Shown here: positions 38,906 through 49,538 of the stretch, piece after piece
Numbering within the stretch: the stretch's first letter is position 1
How the letters are laid out: each line of letters starts with the position of its first letter
Notes under the pieces: generated by a model
What the model saw: the letters and a program-made list of their open reading frames with translations, nothing else
Database searches by the model: none
What the model was told of the DNA's origin: nothing
Translations under genes and position numbers: made by a program
Source: Thermodesulfobacteriota bacterium
GTDB taxonomy: Bacteria > Desulfobacterota_D > UBA1144 > Nemesobacterales > UBA2774
DNA length: 64,000 bases
Direction of reading: 5' to 3'
NCBI GenBank assembly: GCA_965216785.1
Contig: OZ244197.1
Location: 224,001 to 288,000, forward strand

Positions 38906-39793
38906 ATGACATTTCAGGAAGTGATACTCGGGCTTCAGGAATTTTGGGCCAAAAAGGGCTGTATTATCATGCAGCCTTACGACGTGGAGAAGGGAGCGGG
39001 TACGTTCCACCCGGCCACGTTTCTCAGGTGCCTTGGGCCAGAGCCGTGGCACGTGGCATACGTTGAGCCTTCGAGGCGACCCACGGACGGGCGTTACGGA
39101 GACAACCCGAACCGTCTACAGCACTACTATCAGTTTCAGGTGATTATTAAACCCTCTCCCAAGGACATACAGGAACTATACCTCGAGAGCCTTAAGTATC
39201 TGGGCATAGACCCACTGGTACACGACATAAGATTCGTAGAGGACGACTGGGAGTCGCCTACACTCGGTGCATGGGGACTTGGGTGGGAAGTGTGGCTCGA
39301 CGGGATGGAGATCACACAGTTCACATACTTTCAGCAGGCGGGCGGAATTGACCTTAAGCCCGTATCGGCCGAGATAACATACGGGACAGAGAGAATCGCG
39401 ATGTATCTTCAGGGAGTTGAGAGCGTATATGATCTTGAGTGGACTGAAGGGATTACTTACGGCGAGATACACCACCGCGATGAATACGAATTCTCAAAAT
39501 ATAACTTTGAAGAATCAAATGCGGACATGCTCCGCGATACGTTCGACAAGTTCGAGCGGGAATGCGGACATTTAATCGACAAGAAGCTCCCTCTCCCAGC
39601 TTATGATTACTGCCTTAAATGCTCACACACTTTTAATCTCCTAGATGCCCGTGGGGCGATCGGAGTAACCGAACGCGCTTCTTACATAGGGAGAGTGAGA
39701 GCGCTTGCCAAGAAGTGCGCCGAAGGATATCTGGAGCAAAGGGAGGAGATGGGATTTCCCCTCGCAGTGAAGAACCCATGGAAAAAGAGCTAA
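38906..39793 (+). CDS. glyQ: Glycine--tRNA ligase alpha subunit
   Basis: 'GAGTFHPAT', '[13 protein letters not shown]', '[19 protein letters not shown]'. Confidence 0.98.
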   Translation: MTFQEVILGLQEFWAKKGCIIMQPYDVEKGAGTFHPATFLRCLGPEPWHVAYVEPSRRPTDGRYGDNPNRLQHYYQFQVIIKPSPKDIQELYLESLKYLGIDPLVHDIRFVEDDWESPTLGAWGLGWEVWLDGMEITQFTYFQQAGGIDLKPVSAEITYGTERIAMYLQGVESVYDLEWTEGITYGEIHHRDEYEFSKYNFEESNADMLRDTFDKFERECGHLIDKKLPLPAYDYCLKCSHTFNLLDARGAIGVTERASYIGRVRALAKKCAEGYLEQREEMGFPLAVKNPWKKS

Positions 39794-41865
39794 TACTGGA
39801 AATAGGTACAGAAGAGATACCCGCGGGCTTTATCGAGTTTGCGCTTGCCGATTTAGAGCAGGACGCCAGAAAGAAACTTGATGGAGCTTCTCTCAAATTT
39901 AAGGGAATTTCGACCTACGGCACCCCAAGAAGGCTTACGTTAAGGGTTAGCGGTCTTGCCGATAAGCAACAAGACCAAACAAAAGAGGCCTACGGTCCGC
40001 CTGTTAATATCGCCTACGATGATAAGGGGAATCCTACTAAACCCGCCCTCGGCTTTGCGAAGTCACAGGGAGTCGATATAAAAGACGTCGTTAAGGTCAA
40101 ACGCGACAGAGGCGAATTTCTAGCGGTAATAAAAAAATTCAAAGGGCAGAAAACCGAAAAGCTTCTAAAAGATATACTCCCCGATCTGATACTTTCGATA
40201 CCGTTTAGAAAATCCATGAAGTGGGGAGACGGGGATATCACATTCGTAAGACCCATAAGATGGGTGCTTACGGTATACGGCGGGAAGACCGTAACTTTTG
40301 AGCTTGAAGGCTTAAAGAGCTCGTCAAAGAGCTACGGGCACAGGTTCATGCACCCCAAGGGATTTAAGGTTACGAGCTGGGAAGACTATACGGAAAAACT
40401 TAAAAAGGGATACGTGATATTAGATCAGGACAGAAGAAAGAGTGATATTGTAAAAGGTATAGACGCTCTCGCAAAGAAAATCAGCGGCAAGATTACAGAG
40501 GATGAGGAGCTTCTAGAAACCGTTACAAATCTTGTTGAATACCCGCTAGTACTTAAAGGAGATTTCGAAAAGGAATTCCTGAATCTCCCAAAAGAAGTAC
40601 TAATTAGCGTAATGAAGAACCACCAGAAATACTTCCCGGTAAATAACGCTAGAAATAAGAGCAAGCTGCTCCCTCATTTTATTTTTGTTTGCGGCACTCC
40701 CGTTAAAGACCCGGACGTGGTAGTCAAAGGAAACGAGAGAGTAATCAGGGCGCGCTTTACTGACGCCCGCTTCTTCTTTGACGAGGACAAGAGCGCTCCA
40801 CTCGGGGATAAAGTGGAAGAGCTTAAAGGAATGGTATTTCTCTCAGACGTAGGTAGTTACTATGATAAAACCGAGAGAATAAAAAAATTAGCCTCAGGCA
40901 TAGCAAAAAATATCGGCTTCGAAGGCCCTGTAAAAGACGTAGAGACTGCGGCTTTTCTGTCGAAAGCCGACCTCGCAACGCAAATGGTTTTCGAGTTCCC
41001 AGAGCTTCAGGGAACTATGGGAAAATACTACGCCGAGCTTTCAGGAGAGAAGAAAGAAGTCGCCCAGGCGATAGAAGAGCACTACATGCCCGTCTCACGT
41101 GACGGGGAGCTTCCTGGAAGTGACATAGGCTCTATCGTGAGCATAGCGGACAAGGCAGACTCTATATCCGCGTGCTTCATTTCAGGACTCATACCCACGG
41201 GAACTCAGGACCCCTATGCACTCAGACGCCAGGCAATCGGAATAATAAACATCATTCTTGAAAGAGGCTATCACCTGAACCTGTCAGAGACATTCAAGAC
41301 GAGCATTGAGACAATTACACAGCAAACGAACAAAAAGTTTAAAGAGTCAGAGGAAAACGTGCTCGGCAGCATATTAGATTTCCTCACCGAGAGGTTCAGA
41401 AATATTATGATTGATAAAGGCTACTCCCAGGACGTTGTGGACGCTGTGGTTTCCGTAGAGCTCGATGACCCACTCGAAGCGCAGAGGAAGATAGAGGCCC
41501 TGTCCGAGTTTAGAAAAGCGCCCGACTTCGAGGCTCTGGGAATAGCGTTTAAGAGAGTCGTGAATATAGTAAAGGACCATACCAAAACAGCGGTTGAGGA
41601 AAGCCTCTTTTTAGAAGCTGTGGAAAAAGAGCTCTATGAGTCATTCAACAAGGTCAGGATAAAAGTAGACTCCGAAATCTCAGAGAAGAACTATGAGAAG
41701 TCCCTATCACTAATGAAGAACCTCAGAGAACCCGTCGATAAATACTTTGAGGGCGTAATGGTAATGGACAAAGACCCTAAGCTTAAGAAAAACAGATTAT
41801 CCATGCTTTCTCATATAAGGGAGTTGTTTTTCAAAATCGCGGATTTCTCGAAACTCAGCACCTAG
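39778..41865 (+). CDS. glyS: Glycine--tRNA ligase beta subunit
   Basis: 'LEIGTEEIP', 'FVRPIRW', 'EFPELQG.MG', 'DPYALRR'; start moved to ATG 39778. Confidence 0.97.
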   Translation: MEKELILEIGTEEIPAGFIEFALADLEQDARKKLDGASLKFKGISTYGTPRRLTLRVSGLADKQQDQTKEAYGPPVNIAYDDKGNPTKPALGFAKSQGVDIKDVVKVKRDRGEFLAVIKKFKGQKTEKLLKDILPDLILSIPFRKSMKWGDGDITFVRPIRWVLTVYGGKTVTFELEGLKSSSKSYGHRFMHPKGFKVTSWEDYTEKLKKGYVILDQDRRKSDIVKGIDALAKKISGKITEDEELLETVTNLVEYPLVLKGDFEKEFLNLPKEVLISVMKNHQKYFPVNNARNKSKLLPHFIFVCGTPVKDPDVVVKGNERVIRARFTDARFFFDEDKSAPLGDKVEELKGMVFLSDVGSYYDKTERIKKLASGIAKNIGFEGPVKDVETAAFLSKADLATQMVFEFPELQGTMGKYYAELSGEKKEVAQAIEEHYMPVSRDGELPGSDIGSIVSIADKADSISACFISGLIPTGTQDPYALRRQAIGIINIILERGYHLNLSETFKTSIETITQQTNKKFKESEENVLGSILDFLTERFRNIMIDKGYSQDVVDAVVSVELDDPLEAQRKIEALSEFRKAPDFEALGIAFKRVVNIVKDHTKTAVEESLFLEAVEKELYESFNKVRIKVDSEISEKNYEKSLSLMKNLREPVDKYFEGVMVMDKDPKLKKNRLSMLSHIRELFFKIADFSKLST

Positions 41866-41971
41866 GACAAAGCACAATTCAATCCTGCCCTACCCCCTTT
41901 CTCTAAACAAGCTTTAAATCCAAAGAGAGCCTAAATTTTATTCAGGCCCCCTTTGATTAGTCTCAGATCTT

Positions 41972-43528
41972 TTAGTTAGCTACGGCAGTTGCGCGTACTT
42001 CCCTAATAACAGTAATCTTCACCTGCCCGGGATAGGCAACTTCACGCTCTATCTTCTGGGCAATCTCATGTGAGAGGAGCGCCCCTTCTTCATCATTCAC
42101 CTTGGTGCTCTCCACAATAACCCTCACTTCGCGCCCGGCCTGTATCGCGTAGCATTTTTCGACTCCCCTGAAGGAGCCCGCGATGCTCTCAATATCTTCT
42201 ATACGCTTTACGTAGGCTTCATAGGTCTCGCGCCTCGCCCCCGGTCTTGCGGCTGAGATGGCGTCTGCGGCCTGTACGAGAATGGCCAATATGGACTGCG
42301 GCTGCGGGTCGTGCGCAAGCGCTACCGACTCTATGATGTCGTCAGACTCACCGTACTTTCTAACAAGGTCTTCACCAATGTCCACGTGAGAGCCTTCGAT
42401 CTCGTGGTCGACCGCTTTTCCTATGTCATGGAGCAAGCCCGCCCGCTTGGCAAGCTTTATATCGTAGCCGATTTCAGCTGCCAGTATCCCGCATATGAAC
42501 GATACTTCAATTGAGTGGTTCAGTATATTCTGTGAATAGCTCGTTCTGTATTTGAGCCTGCCAACGAGCTTAATAAGCTCGGGATGCATGCTGGCGATTC
42601 CTAGATCGAAGAGAGCTTCCTCGCCCGATTTCAGAATCGCACGGTCAACTTCTTTTTCCACGCTAGAAACGATCTCTTCGACGCGCGCCGGGTGGATCCT
42701 GCCGTCTTCGATTAATTTCTCAAGCGACATCCTGGCAACTTCACGCCTTATGGGATTAAGGGACGAGATCACAACGGTCTCGGGAGTATCGTCAATTATG
42801 ATATCCACGCCGGTTCTCGCCTCTATGGAGCGTATATTTCTCCCTTCACGTCCGATAATCCTGCCTTTCATATCGTCGTTTGGCAGATTGACTACGGATA
42901 TCGTCTTTTCGCTCGTATACTCACCCGCGTACTTTTGAATTGCCATAGCAATGATGTCTTTGGCTTTGCGCTCGGCGTCTTCATGAAGCTGGTCTTCCAT
43001 CTGTTTGAGTTTCTTGGCGGCTTCATGACGAGCTTCGTCTTCAATGATGTTTATAAGCTCGCTTCTGGCAGCCTCCTGGGTCATGCCGGCGATTTCCTCA
43101 ATCTTTTTCTTCGCCTCTACAATAACCTGATCGAGCTCTTCTTCTTTTCCGGCAAGAGAGGATTCCTTTTGAGCGAGCTCACGCTCTTTTTTCTGCATAT
43201 CGGCCTCTTTTTTATCAGCCGCTTCGAACTTCTTGTCCAGAGTTTCCTCTCTTTTCTGGAGCTTTTTCTCTATTCTCTGATGCTCTCTTTGTCTGTCTCT
43301 TGCCTCATTCTCAATCTGAGAGCTTCTTTTCTCTACTATCTCTTTGGCTTTAAGCTCTCCCTGAATTCTTATCTTATCGGCCTGCTGCTTTGCGGATTCG
43401 AGAATAACCTCTGCTTCATCTTTTTTAATACCAATTTTCTTTTTGAGCTGAATGAATCTGTAAAGGTAATGTACTGCGAACCCTAAAACAAAAGCTATGA
43501 CAGCAGCCGCAATTATCGACATTGTCAT
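41972..43528 (-). CDS. rny: Ribonuclease Y
   Basis: TM anchor, coiled coil, KH 'MKGRIIGREGRNIR', HD 'LLHDIGKA'. Confidence 0.97.
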   Translation of the reverse strand: MTMSIIAAAVIAFVLGFAVHYLYRFIQLKKKIGIKKDEAEVILESAKQQADKIRIQGELKAKEIVEKRSSQIENEARDRQREHQRIEKKLQKREETLDKKFEAADKKEADMQKKERELAQKESSLAGKEEELDQVIVEAKKKIEEIAGMTQEAARSELINIIEDEARHEAAKKLKQMEDQLHEDAERKAKDIIAMAIQKYAGEYTSEKTISVVNLPNDDMKGRIIGREGRNIRSIEARTGVDIIIDDTPETVVISSLNPIRREVARMSLEKLIEDGRIHPARVEEIVSSVEKEVDRAILKSGEEALFDLGIASMHPELIKLVGRLKYRTSYSQNILNHSIEVSFICGILAAEIGYDIKLAKRAGLLHDIGKAVDHEIEGSHVDIGEDLVRKYGESDDIIESVALAHDPQPQSILAILVQAADAISAARPGARRETYEAYVKRIEDIESIAGSFRGVEKCYAIQAGREVRVIVESTKVNDEEGALLSHEIAQKIEREVAYPGQVKITVIREVRATAVAN

Positions 43529-43529
43529 A

Positions 43530-44318
43530 TTAAACGCCTCCTAATTTACTACTACAAAAAACTATACCCTGCTCATGCACCAAAGTGCCTACATTAATAT
43601 CGTGGCATTGGGTAGGAATACTTTTCTGCAATTGAAATTTATATGAGATACCTATCCTTCTCTGTAGGGGTATAGAGTGTGCGAATCGGTCGTAGAACCC
43701 TTTACCGTACCCGAGCCTCGAGCCCGCGCTGTCAAATGCGACTCCGGGGAGCAGGAGAAGATCAAGCTCGCCGGGCTGAACCCGAGGAGCGCCGGAGTCA
43801 GGCTCCGGAACCCCGAATTTTCCCGGAGTAAGCTCGTCTAGACCAAACACCCTGTGAAAGGATAGGGAACTGCCTGAAACTTTTGGGAAATAAACCTCTT
43901 TTCCCAATTCTAATGCTTTAAAGAAAATGGAGTCGGTCCTTACCTCGCCTCTAATGGGAGAGTATAGAGCGATCCTATGAGATATCTTGAAACTATCTAA
44001 AGAGGTTAATTTTAGATATATTCCGTAACTCTTTTTTACTTGGTCACTTAAGGAGAGTGCAGAGCGCTCAAGCAACACACGCTCACGAATACTGTCTTTA
44101 TCTTCTGAAAGACCGCCGTTCCCTTTACTTACTCTTGAGAAAAACTCCTTTTCATTACATACATCATCTGTACTTGAATGTATCTTCCAGTTCTTCTGAT
44201 CTAAGTTCTTCTCTTTGAATACCTTCTTGATAACTAAAGGGTTCGCTGTCTTTAAGGGATCCTTCCAATATTTGAACCAATCTATTTGATCTCTGCTCAG
44301 ATGCGTCTTTGAATTCAT
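43530..44318 (-). CDS. ygfA: 5-formyltetrahydrofolate cyclo-ligase (start uncertain; conserved domain begins near 44100)
   Basis: 'K..IR', 'GEV.T', 'G.FGVPEP', 'PGVAFD..G.RLGYGKGFYDR', 'HDI'. Confidence 0.9.
   Translation of the reverse strand: MNSKTHLSRDQIDWFKYWKDPLKTANPLVIKKVFKEKNLDQKNWKIHSSTDDVCNEKEFFSRVSKGNGGLSEDKDSIRERVLLERSALSLSDQVKKSYGIYLKLTSLDSFKISHRIALYSPIRGEVRTDSIFFKALELGKEVYFPKVSGSSLSFHRVFGLDELTPGKFGVPEPDSGAPRVQPGELDLLLLPGVAFDSAGSRLGYGKGFYDRFAHSIPLQRRIGISYKFQLQKSIPTQCHDINVGTLVHEQGIVFCSSKLGGV
44108..44253 (-). ncRNA. ssrS: Putative 6S RNA (long imperfect hairpin with central bubble) overlapping the zapA 3' end and the ygfA frame
   Basis: End-to-end pairing AAAGAC/GUCUUU, CCCUUUA/UAAAGGG, UUA/UAA, AGAAGG/UUUUCU; A-rich central bubble; apical stem AUCA/UGAU, ACU/AGU, GAA/UUC; sits at the canonical zapA-ssrS-ygfA position. 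Confidence 0.7.
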
Positions 44319-44526
44319 CAAAGTCTCTTCCTAACTTGAAGTAATCATCGGTAATCTTGAGCATGGCAACAAGAAATGAACGAGGTACCGCTATATTGCT
44401 CTCCTTTTCTGATATTTCTTTTACTTTTTCCTCGAGAAAAGATGCAATCTTCTGGACGTACTCTTCGTCCGCGTCGGTTTTAATAACGTACTCGGTATTT
44501 AGAAATTTTATGGTAAGCCTTTTCAT
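44164..44526 (-). CDS. zapA: Cell division protein ZapA (C-terminally extended)
   Basis: 'I....Y.I......EYVQKIA..L...V.EI...AMLKITDDY' pattern; synteny with ygfA-rny. Confidence 0.85.
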   Translation of the reverse strand: MKRLTIKFLNTEYVIKTDADEEYVQKIASFLEEKVKEISEKESNIAVPRSFLVAMLKITDDYFKLGRDFDEFKDASEQRSNRLVQILEGSLKDSEPFSYQEGIQREELRSEELEDTFKYR

Positions 44527-44527
44527 A

Positions 44528-44737
44528 TTAAGCTTCGGACCTGCTCAAATAAATTTCTACCTTTTCAATAACGCTATCTAACTTGGTTTTCATATCGTCA
44601 CGCTCTTTCTCCAGCTTCTTAATACTATCCCGAAGCTTAGAGACCTCTTCCATGAGGTTTTTATGCTCAACCTCAAGCTTTGTCTTCCTGGACAAAGCTT
44701 CTTTTATTTTGCCTTCAAGAATATCCATTGTTTCCAT
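44528..44737 (-). CDS. Small coiled-coil protein, ZapB-like
   Basis: 69-aa heptad coiled coil immediately upstream of zapA ('LEGKI....L..E...L'). Confidence 0.7.
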   Translation of the reverse strand: METMDILEGKIKEALSRKTKLEVEHKNLMEEVSKLRDSIKKLEKERDDMKTKLDSVIEKVEIYLSRSEA

Positions 44738-44805
44738 TGTCTTACCTGAACAAGTTTAATATTATCTTGAAATTTTTGCAAGTTATGTGAATATAATAAC
44801 CGAAA

Positions 44806-45879
44806 ATGGCAGAAGTTGGAATGTTAAAACGACTTGAAGAAGTCGAGAAAAAATATCTGGATATTGAGCAGTCTCTCAGTAAACCCGACATAAGCCCTCA
44901 GGAAATTCATAAGTTTTCAAAAGAGCTTTCAGACCTTGAGGAAGTTGTGAGCATATACCGGGATTACAAGAAAGTGCTCGAAGGCATAGAGGAAAATACG
45001 CCGCTCCTAAAAGACGAGGAGCTCGGTGAGCTTGCGCGCACGGAGCAAGAGGGGCTCGAAAAAGAGCGTGACGATCTTGAAAGTAAGCTTCATCTGCTGC
45101 TGCTCCCCAAAGACCCGAACGACTCTAAAAACGTGTTCCTGGAAATAAGGGCCGGCACGGGAGGGGACGAAGCCGCTCTATTCGCTGCGGACCTTTTCAG
45201 GATGTACTCACGATACGCGGAAGAAAAAAAATGGAAAGTCGAAGTAATCAACCTTAGCGAGACCGGCATCGGGGGGCTTAAAGAGGTCGTAGTCGCAATC
45301 GAAGGCAAAAACGTTTACAGCAGGCTTAAGTACGAGAGCGGAGTACACAGGGTCCAGAGAGTCCCCACCACCGAGACAGGCGGCAGGATACATACCTCTA
45401 CGGCAACGGTAGCCGTGCTGGCAGAGCCTGACGACGTCGAAGTAGAAGTAGACGAGAGAGAGCTTAAGATCGATACATACAGGGCTTCAGGTCCCGGCGG
45501 CCAGCACGTAAACAAGACCGACTCCGCAATAAGGATCACTCACTTACCGACAGGAATAGTAGTACAGTGCCAGGACGAGCGCTCGCAGCACAAAAACCGC
45601 GCGCACGCAATGAGGATGCTAAAAGTGAAGCTCTATGAAATAGAGGAGCAAAAGCGCCTGAGCGAAATTGCCGACACCCGTAAAAGCCAGGTAGGCACGG
45701 GAGAGCGCAGTGAGAAGATAAGGACCTATAACTTTAAAGACGGAAGGATCACCGATCACAGAATCGGTCTTACTCTCTATAAAATTGAGGCTATACTCGA
45801 AGGCGACCTGGACGAGATTGTAGATGCGCTCACCACCTATTATCAGACCGAGAGCCTAAAAGAAGCCGTATATTCTTAA
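44806..45879 (+). CDS. prfA: Peptide chain release factor 1
   Basis: '[11 protein letters not shown]', PxT motif 'VPTTE', GGQ, '[10 protein letters not shown]'. Confidence 0.97.
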   Translation: MAEVGMLKRLEEVEKKYLDIEQSLSKPDISPQEIHKFSKELSDLEEVVSIYRDYKKVLEGIEENTPLLKDEELGELARTEQEGLEKERDDLESKLHLLLLPKDPNDSKNVFLEIRAGTGGDEAALFAADLFRMYSRYAEEKKWKVEVINLSETGIGGLKEVVVAIEGKNVYSRLKYESGVHRVQRVPTTETGGRIHTSTATVAVLAEPDDVEVEVDERELKIDTYRASGPGGQHVNKTDSAIRITHLPTGIVVQCQDERSQHKNRAHAMRMLKVKLYEIEEQKRLSEIADTRKSQVGTGERSEKIRTYNFKDGRITDHRIGLTLYKIEAILEGDLDEIVDALTTYYQTESLKEAVYS

Positions 45880-46150
45880 CTGAGTAAATTATGCTCTTAA
45901 CAAGCTTAATTAAGTGAGGAAAACGCGCGGTCTCTCCCCGGTAATAAATCATTTATTACTCCCTAACAGCACCAAGTAGTTCTAAAGATCGATTTCCCGG
46001 CAATCTTTTTCTAAGAAATTCAAAATAATTAATTGCATCGAACAACCAACTTTGTTAGAGTGGTATTGATGGGGTTTGTTTTAATACCTTAAATCGTATT
46101 GAGTATCACGGAGAAGGGGTTATATATCATATTTCTCAGGAGGTGTACCT

Positions 46151-46525
46151 ATGTCAACCATAGGAAAGACTCAAATCACTATTATCTTTATAGCCCCTCC
46201 GGAACATGTAGCCGAAGGCGACCGCATTTTCCAAAGCCATGCTGCTTGGATGGAGAGAACACATCATAGGGATGGTGAGCTGGCACTGCTACGATACAAC
46301 ATTATCAAAGCACCCGAGCTTGAAAACCCGCTTGATCCGGGATCGGCACCGACCGGTAACACGATGTTCGTGCTGGACGAGATGTATGAAAACCAGGCCG
46401 GTCTGGACGATCACTGGAAACAAGCAGCTGAAAGCTGGGAAGACCTGGGAGCCATAGTAGAGTGGTCCAGTCAGTGCAAAGTCATAACTGCACACAACGG
46501 TGTAGCCATTCAAGGACTATGGTAA
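46151..46525 (+). CDS. Hypothetical protein, possibly a dimeric alpha/beta-barrel (ABM-like) fold
   Basis: SD GGAGG; 'FVLDEMYENQAGLDDHW' resembles the ABM E-Y...H motif. Confidence 0.6.
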   Translation: MSTIGKTQITIIFIAPPEHVAEGDRIFQSHAAWMERTHHRDGELALLRYNIIKAPELENPLDPGSAPTGNTMFVLDEMYENQAGLDDHWKQAAESWEDLGAIVEWSSQCKVITAHNGVAIQGLW

Positions 46526-46754
46526 GTTCGTAGTTAAACGCGCCCGGCATCAAGGCTAGAGGAACGAATACTTCAATACTACATTCAGCAAATCTTCTTC
46601 TGATACATGCCCGTTAACATATCACAACGAGAGTTAGAAGCAGGCTTTCTGTCGAAAACATATTTCTGAAAACACAAACCGATTGCAATTACACAATTTA
46701 AATCACGTATAGTTAGTAATAGTAAAATTTATCGTCACTACTTGGAGGAGAGGT

Positions 46755-47402
46755 ATGAAGTATATCATTCTACTTGCCGTTATTACTGCTCTATCATTTC
46801 AGCTTACCGGGTGTGAGAACCAAAGCAGCGCCCAGAGCGAGCAAGACGAGCTGGACCTGCTCAGGATCAATACTGATCTTACCCTAATCGGGATATACGC
46901 CCCCGAGGGCTCTGACCTGCTACTATGCAATCAGCCTTTTGCCCTATGTGCTGCCGCATTTTGCGAGGTTGAGCCCGGAGGTGAAATGGCCACCTGCACC
47001 TGCCCGGTGCTCACTGGGCCCGCAATCGGTGACCCTGAGGCTATGAGCATGTTCCAGCCCGAAGGTGGGAGCGGTTGCGACGCACCTGAGGAGCCCTTTA
47101 GCATATGGTCTTTCTTTCAGCCCAGGGAAAGAATCCCGCAAGCACCTAATTTTATGAACGAGCCTGCTCTCGGCATGGCCTGTCCTGCAGGGAACTTTGT
47201 AAACTGTTTCGGCTATCCATGTAAATGGGATGGGCAGTCGAGTCTTGCCACATGCACCTGTGAGGTTCTGAGTGGAGAATTCGGCACTCAAGCAGGGAAC
47301 TGCGACCCGAGTAACTGCGATGATAGCCCTTTTGGCATACCTTCAGGAGCCTCAACGCTCAACCCTTCGTTTGTGGCCCCTACAATGAGCTGCGGATTTT
47401 AG
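46755..47402 (+). CDS. Cysteine-rich lipoprotein with a two-fold internal repeat
   Basis: Lipobox LTGC; 14 further Cys; 'ATCTC' occurs twice. Confidence 0.75.
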   Translation: MKYIILLAVITALSFQLTGCENQSSAQSEQDELDLLRINTDLTLIGIYAPEGSDLLLCNQPFALCAAAFCEVEPGGEMATCTCPVLTGPAIGDPEAMSMFQPEGGSGCDAPEEPFSIWSFFQPRERIPQAPNFMNEPALGMACPAGNFVNCFGYPCKWDGQSSLATCTCEVLSGEFGTQAGNCDPSNCDDSPFGIPSGASTLNPSFVAPTMSCGF

Positions 47403-47536
47403 GTTTTATATAAAATAGAGGATGAGAGACTTATTCATTCCGGATTCTTAGTTGGAAACATGGTTCTTGATGACAAAAACATCTTCAATTTTATAGGTTT
47501 CTTGTATTTAAAGAATGCGCCAAATACAATATAGCT

Positions 47537-48352
47537 ATGGATTTTTACTGGGCTACGGCTCTTTTGTACTTAATATCTTCAATTTTCTATACGAGTCATT
47601 TCTGGACTCAAAACGAAAGGGTGTGCACTTACGGATTCTACGCGATAGTGATTGGGGCATGTCTTCAGACCGTGAGTCTGATCATAGCGTATTCGGGGGG
47701 CGTATTAGTCACGGGAGGACTCGACAGCACACTATATATATTCGCGTGGCTAATAGCACTTGTATATATCGGCTCACAATTCGTGTTCAAGGCATCAATA
47801 TTCGGAGCGTTCGTTGCGCCCCTGGCGTTCATTATGACGCTCCCGCATGTGATATTGCCTCAGGGAATCATCGAGCACAACCCCACGCTATCCAATCCCT
47901 GGATATTGATACATATATTACTAATACTTCTTGGAGAGGCTTTATTTACCGTCGCATTCGTTTCGGGGATTTTTTACATCTTCCAGGAAAACAAGATTAA
48001 ATCTAAACACGTGGGAAGCTTTCTGAGGAAATTTCCTTCTCTCACCACTCTCGACAAAATAAACCACATATGCCTTGTTGTGGGGTTCCCGCTTCTCACC
48101 CTGGGGCTTGCGCTCGGACTGTTGCTTGCAAAAGAGATCTGGGGAAACGCGTGGACATGGGGATGGAAAGAGACTTGGTCGATTGTCACGTGGTTTCTGT
48201 ATGCGGTACTCATTCACGGAAGACTGGCTTCAGGGTGGAAAGGACGTAAGGCAGCCATTGGCGCGGTGCTCGGATTTTGCATCATACTCTTTACGCTTTT
48301 CGTAATTGGATTTCTTGCTCCCGGCCAGCACGACTTTCTGGGGAATTACTGA
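47537..48352 (+). CDS. ccsA: Cytochrome c assembly protein family (CcsA-like/HemX) membrane protein
   Basis: Multi-TM; 'W..IH', 'PSL..LD', WWD-like 'WTWGWKETWS...W..Y', 'GW.GRKAA', C-terminal His. Confidence 0.75.
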   Translation: MDFYWATALLYLISSIFYTSHFWTQNERVCTYGFYAIVIGACLQTVSLIIAYSGGVLVTGGLDSTLYIFAWLIALVYIGSQFVFKASIFGAFVAPLAFIMTLPHVILPQGIIEHNPTLSNPWILIHILLILLGEALFTVAFVSGIFYIFQENKIKSKHVGSFLRKFPSLTTLDKINHICLVVGFPLLTLGLALGLLLAKEIWGNAWTWGWKETWSIVTWFLYAVLIHGRLASGWKGRKAAIGAVLGFCIILFTLFVIGFLAPGQHDFLGNY

Positions 48353-48389
48353 TGCCGGCGAGAAGGCAATATCCACCGGCTGACAAGTG

Positions 48390-49538
48390 TTACCTGACCC
48401 TGTTTATTTCTGATAATTCACCGTCCGCAACCGATAGTATCAGGTAACGGGGAGAGACCTGAATACTGCCGTTTCTTTCCTTTTTAATTATGTATCCCGG
48501 ATCACCGTGGAGTGCCGCAAGCTTTTCAATAAGCCCTTTGCCCGGATTAGATATAGAATCAACCGATAGAATGAGCCTCGTAGCCAGATAGGACTGATAT
48601 TCAAGGTATGAAGGCTCTTTTTTAACTTTTGCACCAAAGCTTTTTAAGAACGCTTCCCAATCAGAGCCTCCATAGTAGAAAAAATCAGTGAATATCGCCC
48701 TATATACAAACCCGTCAATCTCCTCTCCGGCAAGGTCCTGAAACAGCGAGCCGTTCCAGGTGCTCGGACCCAAAAAGAGCACGTCGCTGAGCCCCCCCTT
48801 CTTTTTCAGCTGAACGATGACCTCTGCAGAAGCGCTCGAGCCGTCCGCAATGAAAACCCCCTCCGGCTTCTCTGAAGCAATCCACATTACCTCTTTCTCT
48901 ATATTTCTTTCTTTACTATCGTAGGAGCTTTCGTAAACCGTATTACCACCGTTTGTCCTGAGTGATTTTATAAACTCGTCTTTCATACGTTTCCCAAGAG
49001 AGGTATCCGGGTAGAGCACCGCGTATGAGCGTACGCCGAGCTCTTTTACGGCATACGAGGCGAGCACCCGGGCCTGCTCTTCCACGGGATAGTAAAATTT
49101 GATGATGTAAGGCCCGCCCGCGGACTCGTTCTCTGAAATAGGAAACACGAGTGTCGGGATTTTCTTATTGTTCACACCCGCGCTCACTGCGGGAATGAAT
49201 TTACTCGGCAGAGGCCCGATGATAAAAGACAGGTCGTCTATCTTTGTAAGGCTTGAAAGAGCGCTACTGAGCATAGCCTCGGAGTCACCTATATCCTTAA
49301 CTATCACACGGTACTCAACACCCGGGGGCATGGAATCGGTTGCGGCGAGTATTCCCCGGAGCGCTTTTTCTCCGACAATTTTGTATTTTCCGGACATAGG
49401 CAAAAGACAGCCAAAGGTTTTACTTGAAAGCACAACCGAAGGAGCAATGTCGTCCTGGGCTTGAACAACAGGGATTAATACATGGCTTGTTAAAACTGAG
49501 ACTAGAAAAAGTAATAGTATTTCTGGCAAGAATTTCAA
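48390..49538 (-). CDS. Periplasmic binding-fold protein (LpoA/LppC or branched-chain ABC substrate-binding-like)
   Basis: Signal peptide; 'G.LLP.SG.Y...G...LRG', 'IIGPL', 'AVLYP....G...F'. Confidence 0.75.
   Translation of the reverse strand: MKFLPEILLLFLVSVLTSHVLIPVVQAQDDIAPSVVLSSKTFGCLLPMSGKYKIVGEKALRGILAATDSMPPGVEYRVIVKDIGDSEAMLSSALSSLTKIDDLSFIIGPLPSKFIPAVSAGVNNKKIPTLVFPISENESAGGPYIIKFYYPVEEQARVLASYAVKELGVRSYAVLYPDTSLGKRMKDEFIKSLRTNGGNTVYESSYDSKERNIEKEVMWIASEKPEGVFIADGSSASAEVIVQLKKKGGLSDVLFLGPSTWNGSLFQDLAGEEIDGFVYRAIFTDFFYYGGSDWEAFLKSFGAKVKKEPSYLEYQSYLATRLILSVDSISNPGKGLIEKLAALHGDPGYIIKKERNGSIQVSPRYLILSVADGELSEINRVR

Noticed and set aside
45914-46003. Further copies of the GGGGAC repeat (GGGGAGAGACCG...; GATTGCCGGGAAAT)
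   Set aside because: Only short, separated partial matches without the full hairpin; could be chance.
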